NCBI GenBank assembly: GCA_963851055.1
Contig: CAWKMY010000004.1
Location: 16,677-80,676, forward strand
Direction of reading: 5' to 3'
Source: an uncultured bacterium
GTDB taxonomy: Bacteria > Patescibacteriota > Minisyncoccia > Phycocordibacterales > PALSA-1337
DNA: 64,000 nt
A program made the position numbers and the translations under genes. Positions 36,030 to 45,170 of this stretch are shown in pieces. Under the pieces are notes generated by a model. It was not told the origin of the DNA and did no database searches. It saw only the letters and a program-made list of their open reading frames with translations. How positions within the stretch are numbered: position 1 is the first letter of the stretch; each line of letters begins with the position of its first letter.

Positions 36030-36779
36030 ATGAAGTTGTTCAAGTTTGATGCTTCCAAATCGTTATGGATCGGCGTCGAACGGGAATGCTTCATTGAAGA
36101 TAGAGAAGGAAATATCGTTCCTCGCGCGCCACATATCCTGAACGGTATTGATTCAAATGGCATGTTCGGATACGAATTGTCGGCATGTCAGATTGAATCA
36201 AGGATTGGACCGTGTGAGCTGGGAGATCTTCGGCAGCATTTGGAAAATTCGGATGAATCGCTTAAATGCGTTATGGACAATAATGGAGTCAAAGCACGCC
36301 ATGTCGAAGTTGGCCCGGAAAACATGTCTCTCGACGTCTATCCGGATCCGTCCGGTAGATACCAAGAGATAGTTAAGACTATGCCGCGTCATGTCCTTCT
36401 AGCGGCGTGCAGGGTCATAGGCACCCACATACATGTGGGTATGCCAGATCATGACACTGCCCTCAAGGTATATAACAGGGTTATAATAAAATGTGATTGG
36501 CTGTGTTCGAGAGGGAACGGTTCGTTCGGTGAACGATTGGACATATACCGTATCGTCGCGCCGGAGTGCGATCCGTTGCCTTATCGAGATTGGCATGACT
36601 TCTACAGAGTAGCCTGCGTCAAAGGATTCGATGAAGATCCGCGCAAATGTTGGACACTCATCAGAATATCCAGGCATGGGACCATAGAATTCCGCATGTT
36701 CGGTGCCACCTCGTCCATAGACAGGATCGTCGGTTGGGCCAAGCTTTGCCACGATCTCTGTGCTGAGGCCATGGCTTGA
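36030..36779 (+). CDS. carboxylate-amine ligase, glutamate-cysteine ligase family 2 (YbdK-like), short
   Basis: WIGVERECFI, IGTHIHVGM and GTIEFRMFGA motifs. The ORF is open from 35982; the start is uncertain. Confidence 0.6.
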   Translation: MKLFKFDASKSLWIGVERECFIEDREGNIVPRAPHILNGIDSNGMFGYELSACQIESRIGPCELGDLRQHLENSDESLKCVMDNNGVKARHVEVGPENMSLDVYPDPSGRYQEIVKTMPRHVLLAACRVIGTHIHVGMPDHDTALKVYNRVIIKCDWLCSRGNGSFGERLDIYRIVAPECDPLPYRDWHDFYRVACVKGFDEDPRKCWTLIRISRHGTIEFRMFGATSSIDRIVGWAKLCHDLCAEAMA

Positions 36780-36805
36780 ATATCGTCCATTGCACGTAGT
36801 GTCAC

Positions 36806-36835
36806 AAGGGAGAGTCGAAAGATCCTCCCTTTTTA
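36806..36835 (+). terminator. putative terminator
   Basis: AAGGGAG-12 nt-CTCCCTT followed by TTTAT. Confidence 0.5.
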
Positions 36836-38507
36836 TATGCTAACTGACCTCAATGGTAGTATTACTTTCACCCTCGCCCCCTTATCTTTACCCTCCGACT
36901 CTATCGAGAAACTCCCATGATGGGCCGCCACAATATTCTTGACCAATGAAAGGCCGACGCCCATGCCGGTAGGGTATGCCATGCGCGCATATTTACTGCG
37001 GTAGAAAAGGGCAGAGCCTATGTGGTCTTTTTCCTCCGGGCTTATGCCAAGCCCCGTGTTTTCGATAACTAATTCAAATGTTCCGTTGCCGTCTATTTTG
37101 TCGTCGGTATTTTTGCCGCCGACATTCGTCCGGGCCGGTCGTAACAGAGACCGAGCCTCCTTGACGGTTGTACCTGACGGCATTGTCTATGACGATGAAA
37201 AGGATCTCGCGCATCTTGGCGAAATCCTACGGACAGGACGGCCACGCAGGATCATTCTGCGGATACGACGCTTTCAAACCCATTTTCTCAATATCACCGC
37301 GCAATTCCTCCAATATATCGACGATGGCCGGTTTCAGGCTGGTCGAAGAATATCCAATATGCCTCTGCCGGCTTTCAGAGTGGTGATGTTCAGGAAGTCA
37401 TTGACTAGGCGCGTCAATCGTTCCGCTGAAGTCCTCATGCCCTTGACTGCCGTCGAGGCCCGAAGCGACAACCATACGTTCCGGCCAATATCGAATCCAA
37501 TCCGTAGGTGATATCCGTCGCCGGCGCGCGCAGGTGATGCTGGGTTAGGGTGATGAACTGATTCTTGGCATCGTTCAACTTCTCCAAGTCTTGCCGCGCT
37601 TTCTTCTCGGCCTCATAAGCCTGACGGATCTCCGCGGTCTGCTCGGCCACCTTTTGGGCGAGGGAGGAGTTGAGGGAGTTAAGTTGGTCCTTTGCTCTAC
37701 CTCTTTCAGGACACCTCTGATCAAATAGAAACCCAGTATTAAGAGGTAAAGAATATGCCCATAAGGCCGATAATCCCTAATGGTTCGCGGACGAATATAT
37801 TTATAAAAAATATTCCCATCCATACATATAGCCAATACCTCCGTAATGACTATTCTAACGTTCATCTGGTGATACTTGACGATGGAATAGGCAATTATAA
37901 ATATCCAAATTAAGCTTGCAATAGGACCGAGCCAGTTGAAGTGATATTCCCCTAATGATGGAAGAAATACATTAGTTATAGTCGGTGGAATGATGCCGAA
38001 GAACAAGGCCACGAGACTATTCCAAGATTTGTTCTGTCTTTTTCTGCTGCTGATTTGTAAGTCTTAAATATCCTGTAAAAAGCAAATCCATAGGGTGTAG
38101 AAGAAGATGTCGAAAAGAAGATGCCATGGACCAAAAGCCCATGCCCAATGACCTATGCCATTTATCCTATATACACCAGACACTAATGCATTCGTGAAAA
38201 AGTAAAGGTAAGCAAATGTAGCTATTGTGATAAAAGAAAAGATTAGTGATTTTACAGAAGGTCTTTTGTCATAAGGATATATAGAAGCAAATTGATAAAA
38301 ACCTATAGCGATTATGACCCCTAATAAAGATTGAAAACGTATCAAGGAATCAATTCCAGATTGAGATGAAGTTGAAACCAGAAAACCGTGCGAAATCACC
38401 CATATAGCTGTTACGAATGTAAGAAGCACGAACACTCTAGAAGATAGGTTTTTGCTACCAATTATTATTACTAAATCTAAACCTAGTATTAGTATCAATG
38501 TAAGCAC
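36833..38507 (-). pseudogene. sensor histidine kinase (multi-TM N-domain), broken by at least 5 frame changes
   Basis: The parts lie in different frames. These are the TM domain (38507-38064, 38012-..), the H-box FITLTQHHLRAPAT (37650-37435), RLTRLVNDFLNITTLKAGRG, LKPAIVDILEEL, the N-box ILFIVIDNAVRYNRQGGSV (hand-translated, 37434-37184), and the G-boxes NTGLGISPEE..GMGVGLSLV (37183-36833). Confidence 0.7.
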
Positions 38508-38899
38508 TATAATGATCCCCTATACTAGTCATTCCATGGGATGGATTATACATTAGTTGGTCATATTCTTACGGATGGAACGTGTTATAATAGATGGCGA
38601 TATTTCCTTATGAATAATGTGATGATAGACAACGATCCGGCATTGGGACATCAACCAATCTGACCATGAAAAAGGCTGTGAACAGCGTGCTTATCCCTAC
38701 TCTCAATTCTCTACCGGGCATGAGAAAAAATCTAAAAAAGAGCCACAAAGCAGGCAAAGAGATAATAGACATGCCACTACCCACAAAGCTCTGGATATAC
38801 TCTATCGCCACGGTAGTGCCAAGGCCAAAGGAAATGTTGTCCAGAATTTTTTCAATTTTCTTTGGCTTTGACCAATAATGCCAAGGCAGTCAGGAATCG

Positions 38900-39485
38900 C
38901 CTAAAACTTGTAAAGAGAGAAGTAAGGGAAGAAATAGTCAGGCTGGCGAATGAGAAAGAGATAAGGATAGCCAGTATTGCCTAGGTTCGGCTAGAGCCAT
39001 AACGAATCTATTGTCAGCGTCTCTGGGTAAAGACGGCATATCGCGCCTTTCGGCGACTTTCGTGGATAAGAATCCGGCCGCCATAGAATATAGCCGAAAA
39101 TTGGCGGAGAATCTGGATTTCAAGGACCGTCTCAACTGGATAAATAATACGGCCAGTAGTTCTTTCCATTTCCAATGTAAAGATCAATAAGAAATTCTCA
39201 CATAGTAGAGATCGTTGGTCTCATAGATTATTTCGACGATGAAAAAGCTATAGCAATGTTCTCGATGATATACGAGTCTTCAGACACGGAGGCATGATGA
39301 TAACCGCGAATATTAGCGATAATCAGGAGAGGGAATTCATAGACCGCGTCCTCGGATGGCATATGATATATCGTTCAGCCAGAGAATTGGCATCGGTAGT
39401 GCTCAAAGCGGGATTTAGAAAAGAGAATACAAGAGTCATGTACGAGCCTCAAAATATACATTGTGTCGTAGCTACTAGAAAATAA
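38900..39485 (+). pseudogene. class I SAM methyltransferase fragments in several frames (boundaries approximate)
   Basis: IRIASIA*, then GSARAITNLL..FVDKNPAAIEYSRKLAENL, then VEIVGLIDYFDDEKAIAMFSMIYES, then MMITANISDNQEREFIDRVLGWHMIYRSARELASVV. Each piece is in a different frame. Confidence 0.45.
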
Positions 39486-39499
39486 TCTTCCAAAATCTT

Positions 39500-41134
39500 A
39501 TGCAGATCTTCGCTATATCTGGGCTGATCAATGGGATTATCGCTGACGGCTTTTCGTTTGCTTGTCATAGGTAAGAATTGGCGTGAACGTTCCAATCAGA
39601 TATATTTCCTGATGACTGCCGCTCTGGCAGTATGGTCTTTCTGTTATTGGCAATGGCAATTGGCTACGGATTATACGACCGCTCTTTTCTGGGTGCGTAT
39701 GCTATCTGTAGATCTCTTTTCATACCAGTCTTCTTCTTTCACTGGGTTACGTTCTTCCTTGATCGTAAGAAGTTGAATGACGTCATCGTATGGGTATCAT
39801 ATGTGGCCATAGCGTGCATCCTATTATTCGTGAATACGTCGTTTTTTATAAATAGTCTTCAGCACCAATCGATATGTTGTTTTTGGCCGATCGCTGGCAG
39901 AGTTTATGACGTTTATTTTGCATATCTTTACATAGGTCTCATCACTTACACGGCTTATCTTCTGTGTCGCTCTTATTTAACGGAAAAAGATAGAAACAAG
40001 AAGGGCCAGATACTTTACACAATTCTGGGAGGCGCGCTAGGTTTCGGCGGCGGTCTGACCAATTTTCCGCTCTGGTTCGGTATACCGATACTGCCTTATT
40101 CGGAAATTTTCTGGTAGCAGCTTTCCCATTTCTCGCTCGGTTATTCCGTACTCGAAGCAACAAGCTCTTCAACGCCAAGACCATCGCTACTGAGACTTCT
40201 AGTATTACTCTATCGCTATCATACTTCTTGTGGAGGCGATTCTGCCGGCGGCTATGTGGGAATCGATATTGAGATGGGCCATATTCATAGTTGTTTCATT
40301 TCTTGGATCTCATGCATCATTAAAAGTGTCTACCAGGAAGTCTCCCAACGCGAAAAGATCGAGAAACTCGCCACCGACCTCGAGAAAGCCAATGTCCGCC
40401 TAACCGAGCTCGACCGGCAGAAGTCGGAATTCGTATCATTCGCCACGCATCAACTGCGGGCACCGCTCACGGCCATGAAGGGCTATGCATCCATGATATT
40501 GGAAGGGGACATGGGCAAATTGCCGAAGGCGGCGAACGATGGCGTATCGCGCATATTCGACTCGGCCAATACGCTGACTTCCATCGTCGACGATTACTTG
40601 AACATCACCAGGATAGAGCTCGGGAGCATGAAATATATATTCGATACGATGGATCTCAAAGCATTGGTGGGGAAGACACCGATGGCCGAGCTCAAGCCGA
40701 ACATGGAGAAATCGGGACTCTCATTCAGTTTCAAAGACAAGAAGAGCCCGGGTACTGATTATCGTACTCACGGCCGATCGGAGACAAGTTGAAGCAAGTC
40801 ATAGCGAACCTCATAGACAACAGCATGAAATACACGCCGAAACGGGGTTCCGTGGCTGATATCGCTCCTGCTATGGATCGGGTCAAGCACAAAATTCATC
40901 CTCATGCTCAAAGACACGGGCATAGGCATCGATCCGGAAGTCCTGCCGCACCTCTTCCAGAAATGGTCTAGGGCGAGCAATGCCAATAAGACGAATATAA
41001 AAGGCACGGGCCTGGGCCTCTATGTGGCCAAGGAAATGATCGAAGCCCATCACGGCACCATCAGAGCGGAGTCGGAAGGGGAAGGCAAGGGCTCGTCATT
41101 CATAGTGGAATTGGAGCCGTTTGGGAAGGTATAG
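39500..41134 (+). pseudogene. sensor histidine kinase (multi-TM N-domain), broken by at least 5 frame changes
   Basis: The TM region is split over frames (39500, 39531, 39632 ..). The H-box SEFVSFATHQLRAPLTAMKGY is in ORF 40256-40792. The N-box IANLIDNSMKYTPKRG is in 40789-40971. The G-boxes DTGIGIDPE..GTGLGLYVAKE are in 40904-41134. Confidence 0.7.
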
Positions 41135-41176
41135 GAAGAGTAATCAGTAGACAGTAAACGGAAGACAATAAAAAAG
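41135..41176 (+). repeat. post-stop 7-nt periodic repeat
   Basis: TAG|GAAGAGT AATCAGT AGACAGT AAACGGA AGACAAT AAAAAAG. Confidence 0.5.
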
Positions 41177-41216
41177 AACGCCGCGACATGAATGTCATTG
41201 GCGTCCTAGCGTTCGA

Positions 41217-41727
41217 ATAGATCTTCTTGGCAGATTCGCTTTCGTGCTTGTGGCTCTGCTACGTGTGGTCTGGGCAATGGTAGCCCGGTTTTTGCATCTA
41301 TGATCGGGACTTCGAATTTGAAAGAGGGGCGATCCATGATGAGAAGTTTATTGCTGACTTCTATCCGGCGGCCAATTTCATCAGACTAAAGCCCGTGGCG
41401 CTTTTCCAGTTCCTTTCTCTCATTTGACCTCCTTAGAAGTTTCAAAGCACCTTGAGCATTCGCGCATATTTTCATATGGGCGTTTGCTGTAGGTGCCTCG
41501 AGGTGAATGTGTGCCGATTTAGATCGGCTCGAGCGCAAGGCTCTGGATCCCGTGTCCAACCGGCCGGGATTTTGCTCATGGCAGCGATGTCGCTTCTCCA
41601 CGGCATTCAATCGGTGCCAGAGTCCCGCGACTGATGGCGCTGGTTTGGTGTTGACGAGTCCAAGCTCGGCAAAAATTGCCGGCACTCTGGTTCCAGCCTC
41701 AATGGCTGCTTTGTTGGTGTTGCTCAT
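41217..41727 (-). pseudogene. unassigned ORF interrupted by one in-frame TAG (41386-41388)
   Basis: The 113-aa ORF (MSNTNKAAIEAGTRVPAIFAELGL..) continues in the same frame after the TAG as SDEIGRRIEVSNKLLIMDRPSFKFEVPIIDAKTGLPLP..FER*. The region is visibly more GC-rich. Confidence 0.3.
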
Positions 41728-41872
41728 GTTTTTATTTCAAAGGTTGTTTTGTTGTTTGGTTTGTTTCCCCCAACCGACTCCCTGCGTGCAAATTATACCA
41801 CCCAAAAAGACCGCTTTGTCAAGCGCCTGCAGAGTTAACCATATAATGGCCTAATTGATAGGCTTTTTAGGG

Positions 41873-42364
41873 CTACTTCAGCAACTCGTCAATAGCCGCT
41901 TTGACATCTACACCATCAGCACGGCCTGCCAATTCTTTCATGAGCATGCCTGTCAATTTGCCGGCAGACTTTGGATCAAAAGTGCCTTGAGCCTTGAGAG
42001 ATTCTATGCGAGTGCGCACGACGAGCCGGATCTCATTCATGGGCATCATGGCCGGCATGAAAGTCTCCAATATCTTCAGTTCGGCCTGCTCCTTGGCCAC
42101 GAGATCCTCGCGGCCGCCTTTGGTGAACTGTTCTATGGAATCTTTGCGCTGTTTTACGCTCTTCTTTATGAGGGCGAGAATGCGGTCGTCAGGGAGAAGG
42201 TCTTGACTGGCTGGTGCACCGGAGCCACTGCTTGCAGGCGCTTTGGAGGCCAGGATTTCATTCAACGCCAATGCGTTCAGTCCGCGCAAGGCGTCGAGAC
42301 GGATGGTGTCTTTGGCGCGCAGCGCGTCTTTGATCTGATCTTTGATGGTTTGGTGGAGGGACAT
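41873..42364 (-). CDS. GatB/YqeY domain protein
   Basis: IKDALRAKDTIRLDALRGL..KKSVKQRKDSIEQFTKGGREDLVAKEQAELKILETFMP. Confidence 0.8.
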   Translation of the reverse strand: MSLHQTIKDQIKDALRAKDTIRLDALRGLNALALNEILASKAPASSGSGAPASQDLLPDDRILALIKKSVKQRKDSIEQFTKGGREDLVAKEQAELKILETFMPAMMPMNEIRLVVRTRIESLKAQGTFDPKSAGKLTGMLMKELAGRADGVDVKAAIDELLK

Positions 42365-42380
42365 GGGGTAAGTCTACAAC

Positions 42381-42513
42381 TAAAGATCTGATTGCGCAGG
42401 TCTAAATCCTCAGGCAACTTTTATTATATGATAGGCTTTTTTGATTTCTTTTTGAGCGTTTCTTTATCGCCTTGTGTCTATACTGATAGCATTATAAGAT
42501 TAACTAACTTAAC
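42381..42513 (+). repeat. conserved upstream element, copy C (core 42432-42468)
   Basis: TAGGCTTTTTTGATTTCTTTTTGAGCGTTTCTTTATC ... CTGATAG. See copies at 49629-49735 and 54056-54200, which are on the other strand. Confidence 0.65.
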
Positions 42514-42847
42514 ATGTCATTAGATACAAAAGATAAAAATTATATAAGCGAGATGTTCGACCAGAAATTCGACCAAAGGTTTAGTCAGGCATTCGATAAG
42601 AGCTTTAAAAGTGTTCGGGAACAGCTCAATGAAGATCTTTCAACGCCATACAGGCATCTTGAAAGAAGATTTTCAGCACAAGATGGACACTGTGATAGAG
42701 ATGTTGAAAGACAAACCCGGCCGGGGCGAGTTCAATGAGCTCAAGGACGAGGTTTCCGGCATTCATAGGGAGATGAGGATTTTCCAATTGAATCTCAAAG
42801 ATCATGAAGATAGGATAGGTAAATCGGAAAGAGTGCGCCATCGATAA
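42514..42847 (+). pseudogene. small coiled-coil protein split by one frameshift near 42638-42647
   Basis: MSLDTKDKNYISEMFDQKFDQRFSQAFDKSFKSVREQLNEDL is in one frame. FQRHTGILKEDFQHKMDTVIEMLKDKPGRGEFNELKDEVSG.. is in the next. The junction lies at gatctttcaa. Confidence 0.5.
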
Positions 42848-42848
42848 A

Positions 42849-43949
42849 ATGGAAACCACTCTCATCATCCTGGTCATCATCGCTATAGCAGGCAATATCG
42901 CTCTTGTGGCGGTTTTGTTGCGCCGCAAGAATGATCCGCCGGCTGGCGGAGCAGCCGGACAAGGTGAAGGTTTGAATCTCATTCTCCAGCAGGTCAATGA
43001 ATTGTCGCGTACAGTAGATGCAAAGCTTGGCGAGAATGCAAAGGAGACATCGGCCGCCATGCATAGGCAGTTCAGCGAGTCGCAGAAACTGATCAAAGAC
43101 ATAACTAGTGAGCTAGTTCAGGTAAAGGAGATAGGCAAGCAGAGCCTTTCATTTCAGGATCAATTGCGCCAGCTGGAAGATATCCTGAAGAATCCGAAAC
43201 AGCGCGGCATACTCGGTGAATATTATTTGGAGACGCTTCTCAAGAATGTTTTGGCGCCGGGGCAATATCAGATGCAATACGCTTTCAAGAATGGCGAGAT
43301 CGTCGATGCGGCTGTATTCGTCAAGGATAAGATAATACCGGTTGATTCGAAATTCTCATTGGAGAATTACAATAGGATGGTTGAAGAAAAGAATCCAGCG
43401 GAGAAAGATAAGTTGGAGAAGGCTTTCGTCAGCGATCTGAAAATGCGCATACAGGAGACTGCCAAGTATGTCCGGCCAGCGGAGAAGACAATGGACTTCG
43501 CTTTTATGTTCATACCGCATGAGGCTATTTACTATGATTTGCTTATCAATAAGATCGGCGCAAGTTCTTCCGGTGGCGCCGGTTCTACCGGCGGAGCAGG
43601 AGAAGGCGATGCCGACAATCTCATCCAGCGTGCGGCCTCGAAGTACAAGGTCATCATCGTCTCGCCGACTTCGTTCCTGGCTTATCTCCAGACTGTATTG
43701 CAAGGCTTGAAAGCTATGCAGATAGAAGAGACGGCCAAAGATATAGTCAAACATGTCGGCCAGTTGGGCGCGCATATAAAGAGGTATGAGGAATATCACA
43801 AGAAGCTGGGCGCATCTCTCGACACGGTGGTCAATCATTACAATAATTCCGGCAAAGAATTCTTGAAGATAGATAAAGACGTTCTGCGCATCACCGACGA
43901 GTCACCGGGCATAAAGGTGGCGGCTATAGAGGGGCCGGAAGAACAGTAA
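42849..43949 (+). CDS. rmuC: DNA recombination protein RmuC
   Basis: N-terminal TM, a coiled coil, then MDFAFMFIPHEAIYYDLL and IIVSPTSFLAYLQTV. Confidence 0.85.
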   Translation: METTLIILVIIAIAGNIALVAVLLRRKNDPPAGGAAGQGEGLNLILQQVNELSRTVDAKLGENAKETSAAMHRQFSESQKLIKDITSELVQVKEIGKQSLSFQDQLRQLEDILKNPKQRGILGEYYLETLLKNVLAPGQYQMQYAFKNGEIVDAAVFVKDKIIPVDSKFSLENYNRMVEEKNPAEKDKLEKAFVSDLKMRIQETAKYVRPAEKTMDFAFMFIPHEAIYYDLLINKIGASSSGGAGSTGGAGEGDADNLIQRAASKYKVIIVSPTSFLAYLQTVLQGLKAMQIEETAKDIVKHVGQLGAHIKRYEEYHKKLGASLDTVVNHYNNSGKEFLKIDKDVLRITDESPGIKVAAIEGPEEQ

Positions 43950-43975
43950 ACGGTAAACAGTAATCCGTAAACAGG
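43944..43975 (+). repeat. post-stop 7-nt periodic repeat (includes the rmuC stop)
   Basis: CAGTAAA CGGTAAA CAGTAAT CCGTAAA CAGG gives TAA every 7 nt, so stops fall in all three frames. Confidence 0.6.
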
Positions 43976-44020
43976 GGTGCGATTGCCTTTTTGGGGCGAT
44001 TCCTGTATAGTATTTCGACT

Positions 44021-44353
44021 ATGGAATTCGCAGTCATAACTACAGGCGGCAAGCAATATACAGTCTCGAAAGGGGATACTATCACCATCGAGAAGCTTTC
44101 GGCTGCCAAGGGCAAGGAATACAAGGAGGGCGACAAGGTCGTCTTCGATAAGGTCCTTCTCGTTGATGATGGGAAAGACACTACTATTGGCACCCCTTAT
44201 ATCGCCAAGGCTTCAGTAAAGGGTACTATCGCTGAAATCGGCCGTCATGACACTGTTCTCGTGGTCAAATACAAGCAAAAGAGCCGTTCAGGCTGGAAGA
44301 GGAATGGTCATCGTCAGCCTTTCTTCAAGGTGAAGATTGATTCACTGAAATAG
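44021..44353 (+). CDS. rplU: ribosomal protein bL21
   Basis: MEFAVITTGGKQYTVSKGDTI..VLLV..IGTPY..KGHRQPF.KV. Confidence 0.9.
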   Translation: MEFAVITTGGKQYTVSKGDTITIEKLSAAKGKEYKEGDKVVFDKVLLVDDGKDTTIGTPYIAKASVKGTIAEIGRHDTVLVVKYKQKSRSGWKRNGHRQPFFKVKIDSLK

Positions 44354-44355
44354 AG

Positions 44356-44361
44356 TATAAT
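44356..44361 (+). promoter_or_regulatory. -10 box TATAAT, 6 nt before ATG 44368
   Basis: gagTATAATatacatATG. Confidence 0.35.
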
Positions 44362-44367
44362 ATACAT

Positions 44368-44616
44368 ATGGCAGATAATAATCTCAAGAAAGAACTTGAA
44401 TATTTTAAGGCAAACCAGGCTGACTTGGTTAAACGCTATGGCGGCATGTTTATTGTTATAAAAGATCAGACAATCGAAGGTTCATACAAAACAGAACTTG
44501 AAGCTTATACTGAAGCTCAGAAAAAATTTGAGCTCGGGACTTTTCTAATTCAGGAATGTATTGCGGGTCAAGAAAGTTATACCCAAACATTCTATTCTCG
44601 CGTATCTTTTTCTTAA
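44368..44616 (+). CDS. small DUF5678-like protein
   Basis: GGMFIVIKDQTIEGSYKTELEAYTEAQKKFELGTFLIQ. This is family recall only. Confidence 0.5.
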   Translation: MADNNLKKELEYFKANQADLVKRYGGMFIVIKDQTIEGSYKTELEAYTEAQKKFELGTFLIQECIAGQESYTQTFYSRVSFS

Positions 44617-44622
44617 CTCAAG

Positions 44623-45165
44623 ATGCAGCACGCTTTTACGGTTAAATATTCTGGCCGTGTGCGAGCCTTGAGGACCGTAGTCCATATTTGTCCGCCTGTC
44701 GATCCAGAAGTGTATCCTACGCAGGTTATGAAAGAGTATTCCGCAATATGGGATACTGGGGCGACCAATTCAGTAATAACAAAGAAAGTCGTCGACGATT
44801 TGGATCTTAGACCTATTAGCATTAGCGAAATTCATCATGCAGGAGGGATTTCCTCAGCGAATGTGTATTTGGTGAATATTGGATTACCAAATAAGGTCAT
44901 GATTCCAAGCGTTCGAGTCACCGAAGCACCACTCACAGATTCAAATGAGATCCCTGAGGATCAAAGAATTGGAGTTCTTATAGGCATGGATATCATTGGA
45001 GCTGGGGATTTTGCAGTAACTAATAAGGATGAAAAAACGACGATGACATTTCGGATACCATCATTCGATGAGATCGACTTTGTACCCCAAGCAAAAGAGC
45101 ATAATGTGATTGAGAGTGGAAATAGGGAACAGAAAAGGTCTCTTAAGAAAAGATATAAAAACTGA
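44623..45165 (+). CDS. retropepsin-like aspartic protease
   Basis: AIWDTGATNSVIT (DTGA catalytic motif) and LIGMDIIG. Confidence 0.7.
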   Translation: MQHAFTVKYSGRVRALRTVVHICPPVDPEVYPTQVMKEYSAIWDTGATNSVITKKVVDDLDLRPISISEIHHAGGISSANVYLVNIGLPNKVMIPSVRVTEAPLTDSNEIPEDQRIGVLIGMDIIGAGDFAVTNKDEKTTMTFRIPSFDEIDFVPQAKEHNVIESGNREQKRSLKKRYKN

Positions 45166-45170
45166 ACCGG

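Noticed and set aside
41855-42391. 178-aa plus-strand ORF
   Set aside because: It is antisense to the well-supported GatB/YqeY-domain gene (41873-42364).
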